This document shows positions 30,764 to 37,979 of a DNA stretch of 40,639 nucleotides, piece by piece. The notes beneath the pieces are model-generated. The model ran no database searches, was not told where the DNA came from, and worked only from the letters and a program-made list of their open reading frames with translations. The position numbers and the translations under genes were made by a program. Position 1 is the stretch's first letter. Every line of letters starts with the position of its first letter. Source of the DNA: a virus; IMG/VR virus record IMGVR_UViG_3300012923_000006, positions 1 through 40,639 of that record, one strand, 5' to 3'.

Positions 30764-30883
30764 TCATTTGCCGGCCAGCTTCATGAAGATGAAGAACCAG
30801 ACAGTCATGCTCACCGCACCGAGGGCGATGCCGACGAGCAGTGTTTCCAGGCTTTTTTTTGAGACCTGAGGGGGGTCGGTCAT
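30764..30883 (-). CDS. Small single-TM peptide (39 aa), below the ORF-track cutoff
   Basis: Hand translation gives MTDPPQVSKKSLETLLVGIALGAVSMTVWFFIFMKLAGK. GGGGAG lies 4 nt upstream of the ATG. Confidence 0.5.
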   Translation of the reverse strand: MTDPPQVSKKSLETLLVGIALGAVSMTVWFFIFMKLAGK

Positions 30884-30912
30884 ACGTCTCCCCAAGTTAT
30901 TGTTTTTGTTGG

Positions 30913-31119
30913 TCATGCGCGGTTTCTCCCGTTTTGTCCCGAGACGCGCAGCCGGTCCACAATTAAGGTTGCTTCATGGACAAGCCGCTTAATCTCTGGG
31001 ACCAGAAGGTTTTCGATGAACTCGCCCTGCGTGAGTCCCTTCGCTTCGAGAATCGCCTTGAGGGCCTCGTACATATCGGGGTCCAGCTTCGCGCGTACGT
31101 CTTGGCGCTCGAGGCTCAT
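30913..31119 (-). CDS. Ribbon-helix-helix-like regulator (68 aa)
   Basis: RQDVRAKLDPDMYEALKAILEAKGLTQGEFIENLL fits a beta-strand/helix/helix layout. ATGA overlap with the XRE gene. Confidence 0.45.
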   Translation of the reverse strand: MSLERQDVRAKLDPDMYEALKAILEAKGLTQGEFIENLLVPEIKRLVHEATLIVDRLRVSGQNGRNRA

Positions 31120-31340
31120 CGCGCCGGCCGACGCTTCAGGAGTGGCTTCTCGAGGAACATGGCGAGCAGCGCTTCACAAGGAAGGCCGGTCTCTTTCACG
31201 ATCCTGGCGAAGACGTCCAGCGGAGGTCGGCTGTGCCGATTGAGGTACTGGGAGACGCTGGTGGGATGGACTTTGATGCTTGCTGCGAATTGGGCATGCG
31301 TGATGCCCATCTCAGAAAGCCGGTCAGTCAGGAGTTTCAT
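31116..31340 (-). CDS. XRE-family HTH regulator (Cro-position)
   Basis: GITHAQFAASIKVHPTSVSQYLN is a classic XRE HTH. It is the first gene of the minus arm and is divergent from the CI-position gene. Confidence 0.7.
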   Translation of the reverse strand: MKLLTDRLSEMGITHAQFAASIKVHPTSVSQYLNRHSRPPLDVFARIVKETGLPCEALLAMFLEKPLLKRRPAR

Positions 31341-31350
31341 TACCCCTGAG

Positions 31351-31391
31351 ATTAGCAGTGCTTCATTCCTGACACAAGAGGGGTGCTAATG
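31351..31391. promoter_or_regulatory. Bipartite element A: ATTAGCA-N26-TGCTAAT (operator and/or back-to-back extended -10 promoters)
   Basis: ATTAGCA at 31351-31357 and TGCTAAT at 31384-31390. The 16-mer AAGAGGGGTGCTAATG (31376-31391) recurs inverted at 32015-32030. The element lies between the divergent regulators. Confidence 0.6.
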
Positions 31392-31414
31392 TATTTCTAT
31401 TGCGGAGTCAATGA

Positions 31415-31876
31415 ATGTTTTGCGATACTAAAGTTAACAATAAGGCGATTGATTCTCGGGTCTCATTACGTCGTCACATGGCTGCCAAGAAGACAGTACG
31501 TCGCACACCATTGAGCGAGGAGCAGAAACGGGATTGCCGGCTGCTCCGCGAGAAGTGGGACGAGCTCAAGCGAGCGGGTAAGCCGCTATCGCAAAAGCAG
31601 CTGGCAATACTTCACGGCGTAGATCCAAGCACTGTCAGCCAGATTCTGCGACTTCATATCGCTCTGAACACCGAGTGGAAGCTGAACTTCGCGGATTATC
31701 TCGAGACTCTCCCGCAAAACATCTGGCCCGATTGGGCCTACAGCCGTGTGACAGCCGGACGTATACCGGAGGGTATGGCGCCCATCGCTGAAGCGTGGCC
31801 CGACATGCCCGACGAGAAGAAACTGGCGCTGGCGACACTCGCTCTCCCTGGCGGCAATTCCCGCCGCAATTCTTGA
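31415..31876 (+). CDS. HTH regulator in the CI position
   Basis: LSQKQLAILHGVDPSTVSQIL is an HTH. GGAG lies 7 nt upstream of ATG 31415, but the first 21 codons are AT-rich, so ATG 31478 is an alternative start. Confidence 0.6.
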   Translation: MFCDTKVNNKAIDSRVSLRRHMAAKKTVRRTPLSEEQKRDCRLLREKWDELKRAGKPLSQKQLAILHGVDPSTVSQILRLHIALNTEWKLNFADYLETLPQNIWPDWAYSRVTAGRIPEGMAPIAEAWPDMPDEKKLALATLALPGGNSRRNS

Positions 31877-31901
31877 TCTAGGTTAGCTCTCCATACAGAG
31901 G

Positions 31902-31917
31902 GCCCCAAACCTGGGGC
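31902..31917 (+). terminator. Weak candidate terminator after the CI-position gene
   Basis: GCCCC-aaacct-GGGGC followed by TTAGCTTTCC. The stem is short and the T-tract poor. Confidence 0.3.
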
Positions 31918-32014
31918 TTAGCTTTCCACACGCTTTTATTGTCCAACTAGCGGCCGTCGCCGCATTGCGACATACGTCTCATATTCCGTATCTCACCCAG
32001 GAACGGATAAAAAA

Positions 32015-32056
32015 CATTAGCACCCCTCTTGTACTCACCGGTTAGCGGTGCTAATG
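32015..32056. promoter_or_regulatory. Bipartite element B: ATTAGCA-N26-TGCTAAT, second copy
   Basis: ATTAGCA at 32016-32022 and TGCTAAT at 32049-32055, with the same 26-bp spacer length as element A. It contains the palindrome TTAGC-ggt-GCTAA (32042-32054). Confidence 0.6.
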
Positions 32057-32085
32057 TCGGTCCCACATTGGATGGGGTTACCGAA

Positions 32086-32241
32086 ATGATCATCGACGCC
32101 GAACTGGACCGCGCTCTGCAACTCGCCATTGGCACCCGCAAGGATCGAATCCGCGCTGAGAAAGCGCTGGAGGTTTTGCGAGCGAAAGAAGACCGCGCGG
32201 CGAACGAGCTCGAAACTCTGGTCAAACAGAGAACGCCATGA
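32086..32241 (+). CDS. Small helical protein (51 aa)
   Basis: First ATG downstream of element B within ORF 32029-32241. Confidence 0.45.
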   Translation: MIIDAELDRALQLAIGTRKDRIRAEKALEVLRAKEDRAANELETLVKQRTP

Positions 32242-32375
32242 CCATCCCCGGCACCCGCCAGCTCGTCGCGCGAATCATCGCCAAGCACGTTGAGGCTTTG
32301 ATGCATCCGCAGCCGGTGGTTCCGATGCCAAGCCCTTGTCAGCCTGGATTCATGAGTCGGAGGCAAGGCGAGTGA
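32238..32375 (+). CDS. Small hypothetical protein (45 aa), below the ORF-track cutoff
   Basis: Hand translation gives MTIPGTRQLVARIIAKHVEALMHPQPVVPMPSPCQPGFMSRRQGE. ATGA overlap upstream and GTGA overlap downstream. Confidence 0.4.
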   Translation: MTIPGTRQLVARIIAKHVEALMHPQPVVPMPSPCQPGFMSRRQGE

Positions 32376-32602
32376 AATTCAACATTCAACATTTCGTAGA
32401 TACGCGCACAAACGAACAGAAGCAGCGTTATCAGACGATTGAGCAACAGCGGGCAGATGCGCAGGCGAGCATGTGGTTTTCGCCGACTGCCGGAATTCTC
32501 GATGTGATGGCCGCTATCCGCCAGCGCTGGCCCGATCGGGTGATTCAGCGCGGCGTGATCCGCCGAATGGTCAAACGGCTGCGCGAGTTGCGCGGCGAAT
32601 AA
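32372..32602 (+). CDS. Hypothetical protein (76 aa)
   Basis: GTG 32372 with GGAGG 10 nt upstream. The track start at 32336 is TTG. Confidence 0.5.
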   Translation: MKFNIQHFVDTRTNEQKQRYQTIEQQRADAQASMWFSPTAGILDVMAAIRQRWPDRVIQRGVIRRMVKRLRELRGE

Positions 32603-32619
32603 CAGGAGAAAAGCCCCCC

Positions 32620-32979
32620 ATGAAAAACTTCAAAGAAGCAATTGCACGGCCACGCAAGGTCGCGCTTTACGCCCACCTGACCATCGATGATTTTTATAGC
32701 CTCGACGAGGTGCGGATCGTCAACTACGACGAGCACTTCGACACGTTGCCAGATGGGCAGACTCGCGAAGTATCCCGCGAGGGATACGTCCGCATCACTG
32801 AGCTGGCAGAAGTCACGCTTAGCCCTATCGACAATGACGCCATCGTCAGAAATGCCGTCGTGTCTCTGGACGAGCAAGAGCGACAACTCAGGGCCGAGTT
32901 GAACAAGAAGATCGCCGAGATTCAGGATCGTAGAAACCAGCTGTTGGCGCTTACCTATCAGCCGGAGCTGCAGGTATGA
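32620..32979 (+). CDS. Hypothetical protein (119 aa)
   Basis: ATG preceded by AGGAGA. The C-terminal part is a coiled coil. Confidence 0.6.
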   Translation: MKNFKEAIARPRKVALYAHLTIDDFYSLDEVRIVNYDEHFDTLPDGQTREVSREGYVRITELAEVTLSPIDNDAIVRNAVVSLDEQERQLRAELNKKIAEIQDRRNQLLALTYQPELQV

Positions 32980-33707
32980 ACGTCGCAGTAGTTGAGATGC
33001 TGCCTCAACAGCAGGTGACCGAAATCACGCCGATGCAGATGCTGCAGGTCGCCGTTGCACAGGGCGCTGATCTGGAGCGCATCCAGAAGCTTATGGACCT
33101 GCAGGACCGGTGGGAGGCCAAGCAGGCGCTGCACGCTTTCAATGCGGCTCTGGCTGCCTTCAAGAAGAATCCGCCGAACATCGTCAAAGACCTTCTGAAC
33201 AAGCAGTACAACTCCTGGTACACCTCTCTCGGCAATCTCGTGAACACGACGAACGCCGCACTGGGAGAGCATGGGCTCAGTGCTAGCTGGGAGATCGAAC
33301 AGGGCGAACTGATCGCTGTCACCTGCGTCCTTGAGCACGTTCAGGGCCATAGCAGGCGCGTTCGATTGGAAGGTCCGCCGGATACTTCCGGCTCGAAAAA
33401 CACTCTCCAGCAAATCCGCTCCACTCTGACATACCTCAAGGGCGCGACGTTCGAAGCCGTGACGGGCATCGCCTCGCGTGCTGGCAACCAGGATGACGAC
33501 GGCAATGGGGCTGTAGCCAAGCGTGAACCGGCACCGACCGGGTACGACAAATGGAATGCCGACATGACGGTCCTTGCTGAAGAAGGCATGGAGCCTCTGA
33601 CAGCCGCTTGGGGGAAATCCAGCGGAGAGTTCCGCCGCTACGTCGTGAAATTTGATGAGGCATGGTGGCGCGATTGCAAATCGAAAGCCGGGAAGGTGGC
33701 TAAATGA
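32976..33707 (+). CDS. ERF-family single-strand annealing protein
   Basis: YNSWYTSLGNLVNTTNAALGEHGLS...LEHVQGHS...IRSTLTYLKGATFEAVTGIASRAGNQDDDGN follows the ERF pattern (Y.Y..L..v...L...G......H.SG....GSA.TY.RRY...GI...DDDG). Confidence 0.6.
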   Translation: MNVAVVEMLPQQQVTEITPMQMLQVAVAQGADLERIQKLMDLQDRWEAKQALHAFNAALAAFKKNPPNIVKDLLNKQYNSWYTSLGNLVNTTNAALGEHGLSASWEIEQGELIAVTCVLEHVQGHSRRVRLEGPPDTSGSKNTLQQIRSTLTYLKGATFEAVTGIASRAGNQDDDGNGAVAKREPAPTGYDKWNADMTVLAEEGMEPLTAAWGKSSGEFRRYVVKFDEAWWRDCKSKAGKVAK

Positions 33708-34198
33708 GTTTCACCGCCGAAGAGCTGCTTCGGCTCTTCAGACTTGAGGAGCATGGCGTTCTCGTCTGGGTCGCTCCCTCAAAATATCACAAGAATGTAA
33801 TCGGGAAGGTTGCTGGTGCTCCTACCCCTGGGCACTCCGGGAAGCACTACTGGAATATCAGCATTAACGGCCGCAGGTATAAACGCTCGCATCTCGTCTA
33901 CTGCATAAACGCAGGACGCTGGCCCAGGGAGCAGATAGATCATATCGACGGCAACTCGTTGAATGATGATCCGTCTAATCTTCGAGAGGCCTCGCACATG
34001 CAAAACATGTGGAATCTCAAGAGGCGGAAGAAGCGTCTCGCGCTTCCAATGGGCGTGAAGCTGCTGGCTAGCGGGCGGTATCAGGCGCGTATCCGGGTAA
34101 ATAACAAGTGTCTGGCGCTCGGCGCCTATGAGACACCTGATCTTGCAAGCGCAGTCTATCAATCAGCGCGCAGGCAACACTTTGGAGAATTCGCATGA
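33704..34198 (+). CDS. Homing endonuclease, HNH_3 + AP2 DNA-binding domain
   Basis: QIDHIDGNSLNDDPSNLREASHMQN is an HNH motif. GVKLLASGRYQARIRVNNKCLALGAYETPDLASAVYQSARRQHFGEFA is an AP2 domain. ATGA overlaps at both ends. Confidence 0.8.
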   Translation: MSFTAEELLRLFRLEEHGVLVWVAPSKYHKNVIGKVAGAPTPGHSGKHYWNISINGRRYKRSHLVYCINAGRWPREQIDHIDGNSLNDDPSNLREASHMQNMWNLKRRKKRLALPMGVKLLASGRYQARIRVNNKCLALGAYETPDLASAVYQSARRQHFGEFA

Positions 34199-34839
34199 GA
34201 TTCACGATAATGGATGTTGAGCAACGATCCGAACCGTGGCTACAGGCGCGCGCCGGCCGTGCCACGGCGAGCAAAGCCGCTGACGTGCTCAGTAAAATCA
34301 AATCGGGTGAGGCCGCGGCGCGTCGAGACTACCGATTCCAGCTCGCCATCGAGCGTCTCACCGGCAAGCCTGCGGAACCCGGCTACATCAACGCCGAGAT
34401 GCAGCGCGGCATCGATCTGGAGCCGGCAGCCCGTCTCGCCTACGAAGCTCATTCTGGGCTGATTGTTCGCGAGACGGGCTTCCTGTCGATGAACGAAGTC
34501 ATGGCCGGCTGCTCACTTGACGGCGACATTGACGACTTCAAAGGGCTTGTCAGCTTCAAGTGCCCGAAATCGGCAACGCATGTCAGCTACCTGAAGGGCC
34601 GGCGCCTGCCACCGGATTACATCCCGCAGGCCACTCACGAAATGTGGGTCACCGGCGCCGAGTGGTACGACTTCTGTTCGTACGATGATCGGTTGCCCGA
34701 GGGCCTGCAGTTTTTCTGCGTGCGCGTGGAGCGGTTCGAGTTCAAGACAGAGCTCGCCGCGTATGAAACGGAACTGACGAAGTTCCTGGCCGAGGTGGAT
34801 GCCGAAGTGGCCTCGCTCAGGAGCCTGAAGGCCGCATGA
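34195..34839 (+). CDS. YqaJ-type (lambda Exo-like) recombination exonuclease
   Basis: EQRSEPWLQARAGRATASKAADVL matches the YqaJ N-terminal signature. A PD-(D/E)xK-like core follows (SLDGDI...VSFKCP). Confidence 0.7.
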   Translation: MRFTIMDVEQRSEPWLQARAGRATASKAADVLSKIKSGEAAARRDYRFQLAIERLTGKPAEPGYINAEMQRGIDLEPAARLAYEAHSGLIVRETGFLSMNEVMAGCSLDGDIDDFKGLVSFKCPKSATHVSYLKGRRLPPDYIPQATHEMWVTGAEWYDFCSYDDRLPEGLQFFCVRVERFEFKTELAAYETELTKFLAEVDAEVASLRSLKAA

Positions 34840-35297
34840 AGATCGAGCTCTACAGACGAGGCAAGGGCTGGCTGCCTGCGAGCGACGATGCCGAGAAGGT
34901 GTTGGGCCGCATGGAGCAAGGCGAGATCTGCTGGGTCAAGCCGCTGCGCATTCGCGACCTGACCGCGCACCGGCGCTACTGGAAGCTGATGACGATGTGC
35001 GCCGAGAACTGCGAGCAGATCGAGCTGCCACACGGCGGGTTCATGCAGATCCAGTCCAAGGATGACGTTCATACGGCAATCAAACTCTGTACCGGGCTCG
35101 TGACGACCATCTTTGATGCTGCCGGGAAGCCAGCCTTTCAGATCCCGAAGAGCACTGACTACGAGAACATGACGGCCGACGACTGGAACGAGTATTGGCC
35201 GAAGGTTCTCGACGTGGTGTCGCAACGGATCATGCCTGGCATCCAGATTGCCGAGGTTGAATTCGAACTGCAGAAGTGCATGGGATGGGCGCGATGA
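34836..35297 (+). CDS. DUF1367-like phage protein
   Basis: LPASDDAEKVLGRMEQGEICWVKPLRIRDLTAHRRYWKLM resembles the DUF1367 N-terminal pattern as I recall it. Confidence 0.45.
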   Translation: MKIELYRRGKGWLPASDDAEKVLGRMEQGEICWVKPLRIRDLTAHRRYWKLMTMCAENCEQIELPHGGFMQIQSKDDVHTAIKLCTGLVTTIFDAAGKPAFQIPKSTDYENMTADDWNEYWPKVLDVVSQRIMPGIQIAEVEFELQKCMGWAR

Positions 35298-35665
35298 GCA
35301 AGCGCCCTCCAAACAAGCGAGAACAGGCTCGCATCGAGCGTATGGTCCATATGGGGTGCGTGGCATGCGCCGCAATTGGGATGCCCAACTATCATCAGTT
35401 GGAACTCCATCACATCCTCAGCGCGGGGAAGCGTATGGGCCATTGGTATTCCCTGTTTTTATGCAAGGGTCACCATCAAAACCAGTTCACTGACGCTCAG
35501 AAAGCGCGCCTGACCTACTTTGAGAGGGCCTCCATTGCCGGAGGTCGAAAGTTATTCTCGGCAGTCTTTGGAACTGAGCGAAAGCTGTGGGAGAAAGTGC
35601 AGTTCGTTCTCGACCTTAGTGACGAATGGCCGACCTCCAAGATCCTGCCGCGGAGGGCCGCCTAA
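35294..35665 (+). CDS. Ref-like RecA-dependent HNH-type nuclease
   Basis: REQARIERMVHMGCVACAAIG...LELHHILSAGKRMGHWYSLFLCKGHH matches the RecA_dep_nuc (P1 Ref) pattern. ATGA overlap at the start. Confidence 0.55.
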   Translation: MSKRPPNKREQARIERMVHMGCVACAAIGMPNYHQLELHHILSAGKRMGHWYSLFLCKGHHQNQFTDAQKARLTYFERASIAGGRKLFSAVFGTERKLWEKVQFVLDLSDEWPTSKILPRRAA

Positions 35666-35907
35666 TGGCCGGCAGAGGACATCCAATGTTGACCGACGAG
35701 CAAGTCGCCACCATTCGCACATCCGGTATGACTGACACGCATTTCGCCAGGTTGTACCGAATGACCAGCCAAAGCATCAATCAGGCCAGGCGCGGAATCA
35801 CGTTCAAAGAGCATCGCACGCCACCCGATGTTGGGCCAAGGGACGCTTGCGGACGCGGGAGCAAACTCAATCCTATAGCGCGGCTTGCGAAGGTTCGGGC
35901 GATATGA
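35665..35907 (+). CDS. HTH DNA-binding protein (80 aa)
   Basis: LTDEQVATIRTSGMTDTHFARLYRMTSQSINQARRGITFKEH. TAATG junction with the upstream stop. Confidence 0.5.
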   Translation: MAGRGHPMLTDEQVATIRTSGMTDTHFARLYRMTSQSINQARRGITFKEHRTPPDVGPRDACGRGSKLNPIARLAKVRAI

Positions 35908-35950
35908 GTGCTCGTATGGCCGAAACTGGAGTCTTAACACAGGTGAAACA

Positions 35951-36283
35951 ATGAGCAAGCTACGACCTGAATGTGGAAGCGCTGCCCCCGGAACGGCACT
36001 CGCATATGACACTGCGCTTTTCCTGATCCGTGATTCGGTGGCTCGGCGCCGAAGCCTGATCTATGGAAAGCTCGACGGCCCGAATGGCAGTCATTGCGCA
36101 ATTGGCTCGTTCTGGGCCGACAACCCGAAGGCTGCTCTACGGTCCAGCCTGATCGATGAAGTCGCCGCAGTGAACGACTCAGTGCCGCCTACGGCCACAC
36201 CGCATGAGCGGTGGAAAAAGGTCAACAGTTGGCTGCGATGGAAGATCAACGTTCTGGCTGGCAAGCAGAGCCCACGGTCATGA
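35951..36283 (+). CDS. Hypothetical protein (110 aa)
   Basis: ATG preceded by AGGTGA, internal to ORF 35885-36283. Confidence 0.55.
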   Translation: MSKLRPECGSAAPGTALAYDTALFLIRDSVARRRSLIYGKLDGPNGSHCAIGSFWADNPKAALRSSLIDEVAAVNDSVPPTATPHERWKKVNSWLRWKINVLAGKQSPRS

Positions 36284-36594
36284 ACGAGCAACATAGCGCG
36301 GGTTCCACTGAAACGTACTGCGTCTGCGGCAAAAGCCAGTCAGCGCGGCGGCAGGATGGAAGTCTCTATTGCTCTGGCTGTGGCAAAGACTATCACCCGG
36401 ACAACTTCACTGATCTCTGCGAGGACTGCGACGAGCGCCCAATCACGGGGCTCGACGCTCGGTGTGATGCCTGCCGCGAGAATGCCAATGAACGTGCCTA
36501 CGACCGATCCATGGAGGAGCCAACCTACCGTGGCGGCGAATACGCAAGCGCCTTAGCCGAGGAACAGGCGCGCATTCAAAGAGAACTCAAATGA
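36280..36594 (+). CDS. Cys-rich zinc-finger-like protein (104 aa)
   Basis: ATGA overlap at the start. CVCG...CSGCG...CEDCD...CDAC cysteine pairs. Confidence 0.55.
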   Translation: MNEQHSAGSTETYCVCGKSQSARRQDGSLYCSGCGKDYHPDNFTDLCEDCDERPITGLDARCDACRENANERAYDRSMEEPTYRGGEYASALAEEQARIQRELK

Positions 36595-36773
36595 GTGAAG
36601 ACCCACGGCCCTACGAGCTGACCTACGATGAGATCGTGGAACTGATCGTCGATGTCTCGGGCGGGTCACGAATGAACAAGCCCCGGATCTTGGCTGCCTT
36701 GCGTGAATTGCAGGACCGCCGGATTCAGGAACGAGTGGACCACAACTTAAATCTCGCGAGGGCTGAGGCATGA
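36591..36773 (+). CDS. Hypothetical protein (60 aa)
   Basis: ATGA overlap at the start. Confidence 0.55.
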   Translation: MSEDPRPYELTYDEIVELIVDVSGGSRMNKPRILAALRELQDRRIQERVDHNLNLARAEA

Positions 36774-37021
36774 CTGACAGCGAAAGTCAGCAAGTACCTT
36801 CATCACGCCAAGGTGCAGCGATGAGCAGAGAGGCAATTGACGTTGAGGCCGTGGTGCTCTGGCTCGACCCTGATTATGGCGATCACTTCAGAAGCATTGA
36901 GGACGCCGCCGAGCACTACCAGCATTGGGCGCCTATTGAGTGGGAGGATGCAGTTGCCGAAGTAATGGGAGAGGATCGTAGTCATCCCGAAGCGGCCTTA
37001 ACTGTGGAGAGTGGGGCATGA
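36770..37021 (+). CDS. Hypothetical acidic protein (83 aa)
   Basis: ATGA overlap at the start. Confidence 0.55.
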   Translation: MTDSESQQVPSSRQGAAMSREAIDVEAVVLWLDPDYGDHFRSIEDAAEHYQHWAPIEWEDAVAEVMGEDRSHPEAALTVESGA

Positions 37022-37290
37022 CCGGAACAGAGCGAACGCTCCCTGCAGATGAGTACTACCTGCAGGTACGTGGCCATAGCGGTAATTCGCTGCTGTGGTG
37101 GAGGAATGGGCGACACGGCTACACGTGCGACATTCAGCAAGCGCATGTTTTCACCAAGGAAGAGGCGTTCAGGCAAGCCAAGGTGCGCGATGGTGAGGAT
37201 ATCCCATGGCGCAAAGACTACATCGATGCGCACCTTCAGCATCATGTCAACTCTGAACTCGTCAGCCGAAAGCACGAAGGTGCCGTATGA
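37018..37290 (+). CDS. Conserved phage protein of unknown function (90 aa)
   Basis: GNSLLWWRNGRHGYTCDIQQAHVFTKEEA resembles a widespread small phage family. ATGA overlap at the start. Confidence 0.55.
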   Translation: MTGTERTLPADEYYLQVRGHSGNSLLWWRNGRHGYTCDIQQAHVFTKEEAFRQAKVRDGEDIPWRKDYIDAHLQHHVNSELVSRKHEGAV

Positions 37291-37979
37291 GTGACTCACT
37301 AGTACTTCGTCCCGAAGATTCCCGCAACTATCCCGAATTCCAAGAGTTCGGGAAGATTGCGCGCCTCAACCGGGAAGTCATCGTCACTGAGAAGATCGAC
37401 GGCACCAACGGACAGGTGCATATCCGGCTTGCCGATGGCTCAGAACTGGAGCATGGATACGATTGCCAGATCCACGTCGATGGCGTCCCGCACTACATCC
37501 GAGCCGGCTCCCGCAATCGCTGGGTGGCTCACGTCGGTGGCGACGACAACAACGGCTTTGGCCGATGGGTCTATCAGCATGCCCACGAGCTGGCCGCATT
37601 GGGCGCTGGCTCGCACTTCGGCGAATGGTGGGGCCAAGGTATCCAGCGCAAGTACGGGCTGACTGAGAAGCGCTGGAGCCTGTTTAACACGGGCCGTTGG
37701 GTACGCGATCCGGGCGAACCGCTGCGCGAGACCTTCCCGGAAGGTGACAAGCGAGCCTATGCGCCTGCCTGCTGCCACGTGGTGCCGATCCTCGCGCAAG
37801 GCGTGGGGCTCTATGGGCCGGTGGAGGAAGCGTTAGACCGTCTTCGCATGAATGGCAGCGAAGCCTCGCCCGGTTTCATGAAGCCGGAAGGGGTTGTTGT
37901 CTTTCACGTCCACTCGCGCGAGTCCTTCAAGGTCACTCTGGAGCGTGATCAGGAACCAAAGAACCGGAGGGAAGGATGA
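37287..37979 (+). CDS. RNA ligase family nucleotidyltransferase
   Basis: Motif I is KIDGTN. GEWWGQGIQ, EGVVVFH and FKVT appear in the order expected for motifs III, IV and V of ATP-dependent RNA ligases. Confidence 0.7.
   Translation: MSDSLVLRPEDSRNYPEFQEFGKIARLNREVIVTEKIDGTNGQVHIRLADGSELEHGYDCQIHVDGVPHYIRAGSRNRWVAHVGGDDNNGFGRWVYQHAHELAALGAGSHFGEWWGQGIQRKYGLTEKRWSLFNTGRWVRDPGEPLRETFPEGDKRAYAPACCHVVPILAQGVGLYGPVEEALDRLRMNGSEASPGFMKPEGVVVFHVHSRESFKVTLERDQEPKNRREG

Noticed and set aside
30234-30767. 177-aa minus-strand ORF spanning the terminator region and the 30281-30583 gene.
   Set aside because: It runs through the strong hairpin terminator and overlaps a better-supported frame. Its composition (Arg/Ala/Cys-rich) looks non-coding.
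31947-32366. 139-aa minus-strand ORF across element B and the first plus-arm genes.
   Set aside because: It is antisense to coupled plus-strand genes and crosses the regulatory element. The peptide is Arg/Ser-rich, and there are no start signals.
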